From Candidatus Kaiserbacteria bacterium (GTDB lineage: Bacteria; Patescibacteriota; Minisyncoccia; Phycocordibacterales; UBA918): a stretch of DNA of 64,000 nucleotides. The notes below the pieces were generated by a model, which saw only the letters and a list, made by a program, of their open reading frames with translations, was not told where the DNA came from and made no database searches. The stretch is from NCBI GenBank assembly GCA_016699245.1, contig CP064968.1:704317-768316 (forward strand). The letters are read 5' to 3'. The position numbers and the translations under genes are program-made. This document shows positions 1-8,569 of the stretch, one piece after another; the first letter of the stretch is position 1; every line of letters starts with the position of its first letter.

Positions 1-53
1 ATCACTTAACGAACTACTAATTTCATTATATGTCACGAGTAAAAGGAGGAGTA

Positions 54-374
54 ATGGCGAACAAACGCCGTAAAAAAATCCTCGCACAAACAAAAGGATA
101 CATCTTTGGCCGCTCTACAAAAACAGCGCAAGCTATCGAAGCAATCCACCACGCACACCTTCACTCATTCGCACACCGCAAAGACAAGAAGAATGACTTC
201 CGTCGCATGTGGACGACACGCCTCAGTGCAGGTCTCCGAGCATCAGGACTTAAGTACAGCATCTTTATGAAGACCTTGAAGGATAAAAACATCCTTCTCA
301 ATCGCAAGATGCTTGCTCTCCTCGCCGATGAACGTCCAGAATCATTCGAACGATTTCTCGCAAAAGTAAAGTAG
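54..374 (+). CDS. rplT: 50S ribosomal protein L20
   Basis: ORF 30..374. Internal Met at 54 is preceded by GGAGGAG (45-51). Product MANKRRKKILAQTKGY...RKMLALLA matches the L20 family. Confidence 0.9.
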   Translation: MANKRRKKILAQTKGYIFGRSTKTAQAIEAIHHAHLHSFAHRKDKKNDFRRMWTTRLSAGLRASGLKYSIFMKTLKDKNILLNRKMLALLADERPESFERFLAKVK

Positions 375-406
375 TCAAAAGCGCCCGTCAGGGCGCTTTT
401 GACTAC
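371..406 (+). terminator. Intrinsic terminator after rplT (GC stem GCGCCC/GGGCGC plus T-run)
   Basis: gtagtcaaaagcgcccgtcagggcgcttttgactac, a 16-bp palindrome starting in the stop codon. Confidence 0.7.
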
Positions 407-582
407 TTGAGTAGTTTTGAGCGACCAAATCTTTCTTTAAAAAATTGATTTACTCTTGCTGTAAAAAATTATGATTCCTATAAAGAGTAAGCGACTATTA
501 TGAATTTTCATCTCAGTTTGCTATTTATAATAAAAATTGCTTTGCGCATCAAGTTTCGAATACACTTATTAGTTTGAGTACG

Positions 583-614
583 AAAAAAGTGGACACGAAA
601 TTGTCCACCTTTTT
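583..614 (-). terminator. Intrinsic terminator downstream of the 655..1311 gene
   Basis: aaaaaagtggacacgaaattgtccaccttttt hairpin with a flanking A/T run on both sides. Confidence 0.6.
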
Positions 615-654
615 AGAACTAATTACCACAAATTTTGAGAGTTAAATGTTCTAA

Positions 655-1311
655 CTATTCTTCTACGGGAGAAGGCAAAATTTCAGGCATTTTGGTAGTA
701 TTTTCTGGTATCTCAGTTAAATTTACTGGAAGATCTTTAGGTATTGCAGGGAGATTTTTTTGAATGGAAATGGTTTTAGCTAAAAAAGAATTCGTGCTCG
801 TTGATACCTCATCAAATGAAACAGCGGTGATTCTATCGCCCACTTGTATTTCATTAATAGCTATTTCCTTTTCAATATATGTCTTCGGTTGCTTTCCTTG
901 ATTACCATTGTTGACAAATTCCTTAATTTCTTTTTCGTATGTTACAGGTTCTTTGTTAGATATTAACAACAGTAATGTTTTAGCATCTGTACTTACGAGA
1001 ATACTTCTCTCAGTTGGATAGCCGGACTCAGGAGATAATTTTACATGTAATGTTGTATTTTCTACTGAAGTAACCTCACCAATAACAAAAAACTCTTTTT
1101 GATTTTGAAGTACTTCAATCACCTCTTCATGCTTCTCCTCTTCTGCAACTGCCGGAGGTGTACTTGAACTTATTGGAGCACTTATTGGAGTATTTTGATT
1201 TACTAATTCACTCGATTTTATTTTAGTAGTGTATACAAACAATAAAACTAAAATAATTAATGCACCAAGTGCAAGTACTCCTACAACTAGGGTAGTATTT
1301 TTAAATGACAT
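655..1311 (-). CDS. Hypothetical membrane-anchored protein (N-terminal TM helix, Ser/Pro/Glu-rich linker)
   Basis: 218-aa ORF 18 nt downstream of the 1330..1947 gene. Hydrophobic segment LVVGVLALGALIILVLLFVY. Confidence 0.55.
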   Translation of the reverse strand: MSFKNTTLVVGVLALGALIILVLLFVYTTKIKSSELVNQNTPISAPISSSTPPAVAEEEKHEEVIEVLQNQKEFFVIGEVTSVENTTLHVKLSPESGYPTERSILVSTDAKTLLLLISNKEPVTYEKEIKEFVNNGNQGKQPKTYIEKEIAINEIQVGDRITAVSFDEVSTSTNSFLAKTISIQKNLPAIPKDLPVNLTEIPENTTKMPEILPSPVEE

Positions 1312-1329
1312 AAAAATTACAACGACTAA

Positions 1330-1947
1330 CTATGCTTTTATGCAACTCATTACCCAATTATCCTCATTACTACCCGCAGTATAGGCCTGGTAGTACCCCG
1401 CTGGGCAACTAACATTAGGTGTATGACCATTGCAGGGGAAATTTGGATAAAGTGAACCATAAGTACTCCAAGCTCCACACTGTGTTCCAGGAAGAACAGC
1501 ACTAGTACTTACTGCATCATCAATCTGACTCACCCACTTCCCAGAACTTCGAATATACACGTCATTGGTGTAAATAGATGCTCTTGAGTTTTGCTTTTGG
1601 GCATTAGGATCCCATCCAGCACCATAGGTAGTAAGTGCCCAATCATCGGTCACTGAGTAATTTCGAACCGAACTAGTAATTGCACCGTACGTATTCAGTG
1701 CATTAACTATACTCGTAGAATTTGGGTCTATATAGTAACCTGAGTTATTATAATCGGAAAATGTTGTAGCCCCAATCGAACCTGCTTTCGACTGTGCAGT
1801 TGCACTCACATTAATTGGCGCGGCAACATTTGAAGTTGGCGGAGCACCTGTAGGAGCTGTCCACGCAAAGGTAACCTGCAATGCACCCATAGTAAAGGCA
1901 CCGAGTGCGATACCGAGGAAAACAAAAGAGAAGTTTTTGTATGACAT
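1330..1947 (-). CDS. Secreted/anchored Gly/Ser/Thr/Tyr-rich protein, paralog of 45332..46333
   Basis: 205-aa ORF with signal anchor FVFLGIALGAFTMGAL. Motif AWTAPTGAPPTSNVAAPINV...QSKAGSIGAT is shared with 45332..46333. Confidence 0.6.
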   Translation of the reverse strand: MSYKNFSFVFLGIALGAFTMGALQVTFAWTAPTGAPPTSNVAAPINVSATAQSKAGSIGATTFSDYNNSGYYIDPNSTSIVNALNTYGAITSSVRNYSVTDDWALTTYGAGWDPNAQKQNSRASIYTNDVYIRSSGKWVSQIDDAVSTSAVLPGTQCGAWSTYGSLYPNFPCNGHTPNVSCPAGYYQAYTAGSNEDNWVMSCIKA

Positions 1948-2137
1948 GAGAGTGATATATTATCTGTATAATTAAATTTATAAGTCTATGCTACCCTCCA
2001 CGGTGTAAGTAAGCAATGGGAATGGGTGGGATAAGTGGTTTGATTGAGACAAAATATTTGCGAGACGATGTGTAATTTGTACACACATTCAAAAACTTGC
2101 ACTCTGGTGCAGGTTTTTATCTTCATCTTTTATATAA

Positions 2138-2518
2138 TTATTGGGATTTCTTCAATGACTCTAGTTGGGCTTTTACTTCCTCTTCAGTGAGGACGGGGAC
2201 ACTCTCCTCTGGAGCAAGTGCTTCAAGTTGGGCTTTTACTTCCTCTTCAGTGAGCGCTGTTGGAATCTCATCTGGGGTAAGTGCTTCGAGTTGGGCTTTT
2301 ACTTCCTCTTCAGTGAGAAGATGACTATCTTTATTTGTATCGCTATCGCTTGGTTTTTCTACAGACACTTTTGGAATGACATAATTAAGTGTATAAAGGG
2401 AATAAGCTCCAAGAAGCGTAAGTACAGAGAGGAGTCCTACACACACATAGAGGAGCACTCGCATCATATTATTTTTTTGTATATCCATATGTGTATATAA
2501 TACTCCTTCTTCTAACAC
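2138..2518 (-). CDS. Small membrane-anchored protein with 3x 21-aa tandem repeat (LTEEEVKAQLEAL.P.E..)
   Basis: 126-aa ORF with N-terminal TM (LLYVCVGLLSVLTLLGAY). 63-nt DNA period at 2163/2226/2289. True start may be an internal Met. Confidence 0.5.
   Translation of the reverse strand: MLEEGVLYTHMDIQKNNMMRVLLYVCVGLLSVLTLLGAYSLYTLNYVIPKVSVEKPSDSDTNKDSHLLTEEEVKAQLEALTPDEIPTALTEEEVKAQLEALAPEESVPVLTEEEVKAQLESLKKSQ
2163..2351. repeat. Three tandem 63-nt in-frame coding repeats
   Basis: agttgggcttttacttcctcttcagtgag recurs at 2163, 2226 and 2289. Confidence 0.85.
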
Positions 2519-2594
2519 ACATAAGTTGCAGATGGGTACAACAATCCTAGATTACTATACCCAGATGATATCAAAGTACCTTTTCTGTTTATTC

Positions 2595-3953
2595 TTAAAA
2601 ATCTATTTCGATAGTCTCGTGCTCTGCCGGAGCAACCGCATTTACATCTAAATAGTCGCGGAGACGTTGCACCAAGAAAAGAGAGGCACGTTCTTCTCCC
2701 ATAGTTACAAAGACCTGCTTAACCTTTTCTCCTCCTTGTTCCACAAAATGAACGAGTTGGTCTCGGTCTGCATGTCCTGAATATCCACGAATGCGCGCAA
2801 TCTTAGCACGTACTTTAACGTCTGTATCGAGTATACGTACCTTTTTTGCGCCATCATTTAGTAATCGTCCAATACTACCCACCGCCTGATACCCCACAAG
2901 GAGTAATGTGGTCTTTGGGTCTTCGAGATAATTGCGCTCGTGCTCCTGTATACGTCCTCCATGACTCATTCCCGAACCTGCGATAATAATCTTCGCTCCA
3001 TGTTCCTGTCCAATCTTTGCAGAATCTTTCATTGAGTGCGTAAAGGAAAGTTTTGGAAAATTAAAGATATCGTCCCCTTCCCTAATCTGTGTCTGCACAT
3101 CTTCCTTGAGATAGCTGGTGTACCCACGGTAAATCTCGGTCACCGAGATAGCGAGTGGCGAATCCAGGAATACGGGGATTGGCTGAAGTCCCTCGTTTTC
3201 AAAGAGATTATTGATCTCAAAGAGCATTCCTTGGGTACGCTCGAGAGAAAAGGCGGGGATAATAAGCGTGCCCCCTTTATGAATCGTGTCCTCAATATAC
3301 ATACGGAGGAGGTCGGTACGTTCCTTCACCTCCTCATGTGAACGATCACCATAGACACTTTCCATAAGAAGGTAATCGTAGTCAGGAACAATTTCAGGTG
3401 GGTTTAAAAGTGGCTGTGGAATATTACCAATATCACCCGTGCAGAGGAATTTCTTTCCATTGCGTTCTAAAGTAATCATGGCAGAACCGAGAATATGTCC
3501 TGCGTCAGTAAAGGTAACACTCACCTCGTCCGGTATAGAAAATGTATCGTGGTACGTGTGGGTTTTCCAAAGTGAAAGTGCATGCTCAATATCCTGCCTT
3601 TCAAACACACGTGGAGTGCCAAATTTTTCTTCTTCAAAAAGCATCACTTTGTATGCATCCTGAAGCATTACCGCTGCTAAATCACGTGTGGGTGGTGTGG
3701 AATAAATAACACCACTGAAACCATCCTTAACAAGCTTCGGGATACGACCAATGTGGTCGGCATGTGCGTGAGTAACGAGGAGAACATTCACGGTATTGGG
3801 ATCATACGCAAAGGGGTCTGCATTTTTCGCAGAAGCAAATCTATCACCCTGCACCAATCCACAATCTACTAAAAAGCGGGCATTCCCTGTATCAAAAAGA
3901 AAATTTGCTCCCGTTACACTGCCTGTGCCCCCGTGAAAACTTAGTTTTGTCAT
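2595..3953 (-). CDS. MBL-fold beta-CASP family ribonuclease (RNase J/CPSF-like)
   Basis: 452 aa. HAHADH zinc motif, beta-CASP layout, C-terminal SGHADRDQL motif. Confidence 0.8.
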   Translation of the reverse strand: MTKLSFHGGTGSVTGANFLFDTGNARFLVDCGLVQGDRFASAKNADPFAYDPNTVNVLLVTHAHADHIGRIPKLVKDGFSGVIYSTPPTRDLAAVMLQDAYKVMLFEEEKFGTPRVFERQDIEHALSLWKTHTYHDTFSIPDEVSVTFTDAGHILGSAMITLERNGKKFLCTGDIGNIPQPLLNPPEIVPDYDYLLMESVYGDRSHEEVKERTDLLRMYIEDTIHKGGTLIIPAFSLERTQGMLFEINNLFENEGLQPIPVFLDSPLAISVTEIYRGYTSYLKEDVQTQIREGDDIFNFPKLSFTHSMKDSAKIGQEHGAKIIIAGSGMSHGGRIQEHERNYLEDPKTTLLLVGYQAVGSIGRLLNDGAKKVRILDTDVKVRAKIARIRGYSGHADRDQLVHFVEQGGEKVKQVFVTMGEERASLFLVQRLRDYLDVNAVAPAEHETIEIDF

Positions 3954-4378
3954 GTATCTAATTGTTTAATGTTCTTCACCATACCATACCCCACTGCCCC
4001 TCCGAGTAAATCCATACACATATCAAGTATCGTGTCTGGAATAATATTTGTTTCAAATTGATACATTCCAGTGCTGTATTCAAATAATTCCCAACATATA
4101 CCCATACCGAGCACGAGGAACATATAAAGCGAAAATGAACTTCTCTTTTCAATATACTGCAAACGAAAAAATGGTAAAATCGCAATACCAAACGCACACA
4201 CAAGTCCACCAAGAAAATGCATCGGTATATCAAGCCACAGATACTTCCAATACAAGAAAAACGAAGTTGCCAGAGTATGCGTGAGTGCAAGTGTCGTTGC
4301 TGCTAAAAAGAAAAGTGTGAGAAGTAATCCCATATGATATATCGTACCATACCTGGGATAGGTACTAAAAAAACGCAC
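3950..4378 (-). CDS. Hypothetical polytopic membrane protein
   Basis: ORF begins with GTG at 4378 inside a hairpin. A more likely start is ATG at 4333 (MGLLLTLFFLAATT...). Overlaps the upstream gene stop by 4 nt. Confidence 0.5.
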   Translation of the reverse strand: MRFFSTYPRYGTIYHMGLLLTLFFLAATTLALTHTLATSFFLYWKYLWLDIPMHFLGGLVCAFGIAILPFFRLQYIEKRSSFSLYMFLVLGMGICWELFEYSTGMYQFETNIIPDTILDMCMDLLGGAVGYGMVKNIKQLDT

Positions 4379-4388
4379 CTCAGTGCGT
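4364..4388 (-). terminator. Hairpin ACGCAC-CTCA-GTGCGT followed by T7 on the minus strand
   Basis: plus strand aaaaaaacgcacctcagtgcgt. The minus-strand reading gives stem-loop plus TTTTTTT, closing the 375-nt region downstream of ndk. Confidence 0.5.
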
Positions 4389-4753
4389 CTCTTTAGTGGA
4401 ACTACGGGGCATGTCCCTGAATTGACTTCAGGTGGGCACCCTTTCCAAGCACTTTTGAAATTTCGTCGCGTCGAAGTCTCATCTGTACTTGTGACTACAG
4501 GCAGCCCTTTCTATAGGCTTAAGCAGAAACATGCGTATCCGTAGCTCCACAAATAGTATAGCAGAAACCTCCACCCCTTCGGGGTGGAGGTTTCGTTCAA
4601 TATGTGTACAACTTTTTCATTTAGATTTTTCTCTGCGATACATCACTCAAATTCTATGGTTTCAAATGATTATCCTTAATCACCTCATAGCGTAGTCGCT
4701 TGGCAGGGAGCGGAGAGGTGATTAAGGGTAATCACGATCCGCTTTCTTCTATA

Positions 4754-5359
4754 CTATTCCTTCGTCCCGTCGAAGTTAACATCATACATAATACGTTCCT
4801 GTGCAGTCACATAATTCATGATTTCTTCCTCGGTAAACCAGACCTTAATCTCTCGCTCCGCCTCTTCTGGAGACTCAGAACAATGGATGAGATTTCGTAC
4901 TGCACGATTCTCAAATGATGAATGGGCATATGAATCTACCGTGTAGTCTCCACGAATAGTACCCACATCTGAAGTGGATGGCTCTGTGGTACCCACGAGC
5001 TTTGTGACTACGGCTACTGCTTGATTACCCTCGAGAATCATTCCCACTACGGGCGCTGCAGTCATGTAGGTGACAATGGTATCAATAATAGCGCGACCGT
5101 ATGTCATAGCATCTTTCTCTACCGGAAGTCCTTGTGCCTTCAAATCTTCGATAATGCGATTCCCTTTTTTCAAAAACCATGCCTCGTCTTTGTTGTAATG
5201 AATCATCAGTTTCTCGCTTTCTGGCACAAACATCTTCATTGCAATAAACTTGAGTCCCGTGCGCTCAAAACGGCCAATAACCTCACCAATAAGCGACCGT
5301 TGTACCGTATCGGGCTTCAAAATGACAAATGTCCGCTCTTGGTGTGGTTTTTTGTTCAT
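4754..5359 (-). CDS. ndk: Nucleoside diphosphate kinase (long form)
   Basis: ERTFVILKPDTVQRSLIGEVIGRFERTGLKFIAMK... NDK signature. 201 aa with insertions. Confidence 0.85.
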   Translation of the reverse strand: MNKKPHQERTFVILKPDTVQRSLIGEVIGRFERTGLKFIAMKMFVPESEKLMIHYNKDEAWFLKKGNRIIEDLKAQGLPVEKDAMTYGRAIIDTIVTYMTAAPVVGMILEGNQAVAVVTKLVGTTEPSTSDVGTIRGDYTVDSYAHSSFENRAVRNLIHCSESPEEAEREIKVWFTEEEIMNYVTAQERIMYDVNFDGTKE

Positions 5360-5486
5360 AAAATGCTAATTAGTTATTCAAAATATATGGTGAGTATACC
5401 GTACTATAGCCGTAATTCAAGGTTCGGAGAATATAAAACACCGGACTTTGGGCTCTGCCCAAAGTCCGGTGTTTTATATTCTTCTA

Positions 5487-6260
5487 CTACAACTTGGTCA
5501 CAATCTCAGGGCCATTTTCCGTGATTGCAACAGTGTGCTCAAAATGCGCACTTCGTGAACCATCTACCGTAAAGACACTGTATCCGTCACCTTCGTCATC
5601 AAAAATCACTTCTTTACTTCCGATATTTACAATAGGCTCAATTGCAAAGACATTACCGACTTTAATAAGTGGCCCCCTTCCAGCTTTTCCAAAATTAGGA
5701 ATCTGTGGGTCTTCGTGTACTGCATGTCCCACTCCGTGCCCGCACAAGGCTTCCACAATACTGAATCCGCGTGAGTGTACGAAGGTCTCAATCGCGTGAC
5801 TAATGTCACCAATATGATTCCCAGGCTTTGCTTGCTTGATACCGAGCATAAGCGCTTCCTGCGTTGTTGTGATGAGTTTCATAGACTCTGCATCCGTCTT
5901 CCCTACAGGAATAGTAATACCCGAATCCACTATCATTCCTTGGTACCCAATCGTCATATCGAGGTTGATAATATCTCCCTCTTCGAGAATCTCATCTGCA
6001 CGAGGTACACCATGTTGCACGGTATTATTGACCGAGGTACACAACGCTGCAGGGTATGGATCCATTGCAAAAGTGGGTTGGTAGCCGAGCAGTACCGGTT
6101 CAGCACCATAGTCCTCGGCAAGTTTTAGGGCGTAGTCATTGATATCTTCGGTTGAAATGCCAGGCTTCACGTATGTAGCCAATTCCTTGAGTATCTGAGC
6201 GAGCACTTTTCCTCCCGCGCGAAGTCGCTCAATCTCTTCAGGGGTTTTAATAAGTGCCAT
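5487..6260 (-). CDS. map: Methionine aminopeptidase type I
   Basis: 257 aa with a MetAP fold, adjacent to adk as in spc-operon tails. Confidence 0.9.
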   Translation of the reverse strand: MALIKTPEEIERLRAGGKVLAQILKELATYVKPGISTEDINDYALKLAEDYGAEPVLLGYQPTFAMDPYPAALCTSVNNTVQHGVPRADEILEEGDIINLDMTIGYQGMIVDSGITIPVGKTDAESMKLITTTQEALMLGIKQAKPGNHIGDISHAIETFVHSRGFSIVEALCGHGVGHAVHEDPQIPNFGKAGRGPLIKVGNVFAIEPIVNIGSKEVIFDDEGDGYSVFTVDGSRSAHFEHTVAITENGPEIVTKL

Positions 6261-6262
6261 AT

Positions 6263-6859
6263 CTATGCGAGTGAAAGCGCTTGTAATATTTGTGTATGGA
6301 CACCAAGAATTGTATCTGACCCATCGCAGTCGATGACCGAAGTATTTGACCGTGTACGGTAGTAGTCGAGCACGGGGAGTGTTTCTTCCCGATACCAGGT
6401 AAGACGCGCTTCTATGGAGGCACTCGTATCATCCTTCCGTGCACGCTTTATCATACGTTCACGCACCACCGCTTCTTCGGTTACTAAATCAATCACAATT
6501 ACGTGGTTGCGACGGTAAAAAGCGAGTGCACTTTCGAGTACTTCAGCTTCATGAATGGTACGTGGAAATCCATCAATGAGGAGATGAGCTTCGGGGTCGA
6601 GATGCTGATGAAAAGCATCACTCCAAAGCATTACCGAAAGAAACAGTGGCTGTAGCATCCCTGTATCAAGGGTTTCGTGCACCTTTTTTTCCGTAAACCC
6701 CTCCCCTTTCATCGCTAGTGCACGAAACCTACGCCCTGTTTGCACATCAATGACGCGACGTGTGGGATCATGCATCTTCAAAAACTTCGAAAGCATTTCA
6801 ATCTGGGTTCCTTTTCCGCTTCCCTGTGGTCCAACGAATATAATAGTATATGTTTGCAT
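6263..6859 (-). CDS. adk: Adenylate kinase (short, no zinc lid)
   Basis: IIFVGPQGSGKGTQ P-loop and an AK-family fold. Confidence 0.9.
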   Translation of the reverse strand: MQTYTIIFVGPQGSGKGTQIEMLSKFLKMHDPTRRVIDVQTGRRFRALAMKGEGFTEKKVHETLDTGMLQPLFLSVMLWSDAFHQHLDPEAHLLIDGFPRTIHEAEVLESALAFYRRNHVIVIDLVTEEAVVRERMIKRARKDDTSASIEARLTWYREETLPVLDYYRTRSNTSVIDCDGSDTILGVHTQILQALSLA

Positions 6860-6978
6860 TCAAAGTCCCAATTATTGGTATAACGCCCTGTACCTATAGA
6901 GTCTACCCAAGACTACGAAAAACACAACCCGTTATATGAGAATTCTGTAACCCATCAAAGTGTGGTATCGTACCAGAC

Positions 6979-7548
6979 ATGAAGAAACACATCATTACTC
7001 TCGGAGGACTTCCCGGTAGTGGAAAATCCACGGTAAAACGCCTTTTAGCTGAGAAACTTGGATATGCCACCTTTTCGACAGGAGATTTTGTTCGTGAAAT
7101 GGCGCATGAGCGCAATCTCACTCTTGAAGAATTTAATGAACTCGTGAAGCGCGACAAAACGCTCGATCTACTGATCGATGAGCGTTTAAAGCGTATTGAG
7201 GCAGAAGAAGATTTTTATGTCATCGACTCACATCTCGCGTTTCACTTTGTACCGAGTGCATTCTCCGTATTTCTTTCAATATCTCCCGAATTGTCAGCAC
7301 AGCGTATTTTTAATGACGCCTCCTCTCCACTTCGCATAAAAAGTGGTGACACTATGGCATCACATGCGGAAGCATACACGCGCACACAAATGCGTATTCA
7401 GAATCACATTGAGCGTTATGCGAAACACTATGGCATCAATCCGTACAACGAGTCGCAGTATTGTTTAATCATTGATACTGAGGCACGCACACCAGAGGTT
7501 GTCGCAGATATTGTGCACACTGAATATCAGTCATGGCTCACTGGATAA
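6979..7548 (+). CDS. Cytidylate kinase-like P-loop NMP kinase (paralog 1)
   Basis: ITLGGLPGSGKST P-loop, ...IDSHLAFHFVP...FLSISPELSAQRIF resembles the Cmk lid region. Confidence 0.65.
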   Translation: MKKHIITLGGLPGSGKSTVKRLLAEKLGYATFSTGDFVREMAHERNLTLEEFNELVKRDKTLDLLIDERLKRIEAEEDFYVIDSHLAFHFVPSAFSVFLSISPELSAQRIFNDASSPLRIKSGDTMASHAEAYTRTQMRIQNHIERYAKHYGINPYNESQYCLIIDTEARTPEVVADIVHTEYQSWLTG

Positions 7549-7665
7549 ATTCATGAAATGTGAGCTCTGCTCACCAACACGTGCACTGCACGTGTATTTC
7601 ACTGGATAAATCCGGTGAAATGTGAGTTTCACTCACTGACACGTGCACTGCACGTGTATTTCACT
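7549..7665. repeat. Two tandem copies of a ~55-nt structured element (outer stem GGTGAAAT/ATTTCAC plus two internal hairpins), separated by ATAAAT(CC) spacers
   Basis: Copy 1 7549-7603 and copy 2 7611-7665. Each has hairpins GTGAG..CTCAC and ACACGTGCA-C-TGCACGTGT. A third related copy lies at 21390..21442. Confidence 0.8.
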
Positions 7666-7711
7666 GGATAAATATTTTTGAAGTGCAAAACGTATAGTGT
7701 ACACTTGCTGT

Positions 7712-8338
7712 ATGGAACGTCAGCACATTATTACACTTACCGGAAAGCCTGGGAGTGGAAAATCATCAACGGCCGACCGTGTCGCAGAAATGCTTGGGTA
7801 TACACGGTATTCTTCTGGTGAGTATGTACGTGCTATTACGCAGAAACATAAAATAACCTTGAGTGACTTTAATACCCGTGCTGAATCACATCCTGAAATG
7901 GATCAACAAATTGATATTGCGCTACGTAAACTTCGCGATCAGAGTGATATCGTCATTGATGCACGTCTTGGTTTCTACTGGATTCCCGAATCCTTCAAAG
8001 TATTCCTTGACCTCAATAGCGATGTAGCAATTGCACGTATCTTCAAAGATGCCAATTTTAATACTGGCCGCAGTGGCGCTGGTGAAGGAGGTGACGTAAT
8101 GAACGATGTGGCTGACCAGGTAGAAAAACGTATGCGGAGTGAGCGCATTCGTTTCAAAAAACTCTATGGCGTTAATCCCTATAGTATCGAACATTTTGAT
8201 CTCGTGATTGACACCGCGCAACACAGCCCACAAACCGTAGCACTTACTATTTTCGATACCTATAAAAGATGGTTGAAATCCTCAAGTTGGAAACAAGTAA
8301 TCAGCAGAGTACCTCTAGGATTCTCGTTTAAACACTGA
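7712..8338 (+). CDS. Cytidylate kinase-like P-loop NMP kinase (paralog 2)
   Basis: ORF 7697 has a GTG start. ATG at 7712 gives MERQHIITLTGKPGSGKSS, parallel to the paralog 1 N-terminus. Confidence 0.65.
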   Translation: MERQHIITLTGKPGSGKSSTADRVAEMLGYTRYSSGEYVRAITQKHKITLSDFNTRAESHPEMDQQIDIALRKLRDQSDIVIDARLGFYWIPESFKVFLDLNSDVAIARIFKDANFNTGRSGAGEGGDVMNDVADQVEKRMRSERIRFKKLYGVNPYSIEHFDLVIDTAQHSPQTVALTIFDTYKRWLKSSSWKQVISRVPLGFSFKH

Positions 8339-8508
8339 TGCATAATCACAAAATCAAAAATTACTTCGATTATGCATAACAGTATATTGGTATAGACACG
8401 CTACTACAGGATAAAATCTCCAGTAACAATCTCAATATAGATAGAATCAATACTCTACCGTAGCACGCAAAAATAGGTACTCCCGTATACCATTTGCATT
8501 TTGGTATC

Positions 8509-8545
8509 AAAAAAATAGCGAGGCGACGCCTTGCTATTTTTTTAT
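8509..8545. terminator. Bidirectional intrinsic terminator
   Basis: aaaaaaatagcgaggcgacgccttgctattttttt. Confidence 0.6.
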
Positions 8546-8569
8546 GTATCTTCTGAGTAATAAGACTAA

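Noticed and set aside
2163-2351. Possible CRISPR array
   Set aside because: The repeats are in-frame coding sequence with no spacers.
2097-2500. Plus-strand ORFs 2097..2324 and 2165..2500
   Set aside because: Reverse-frame readings of the 63-nt repeat region. The minus-strand frame has the TM anchor and a coherent repeat peptide.
4379-4753. RNase P RNA / tmRNA / SRP RNA
   Set aside because: Conserved elements (AGGAAAGUCCGGGCUCC, ACAGAANCCGGCUUA, tRNA-like 3' CCA arm, GGAAGCAGCC) were not found by eye. Left as an unassigned candidate.
7537-7673. Possible CRISPR array
   Set aside because: Only 2-3 repeat units with internal palindromes and no unique spacers. No cas genes.
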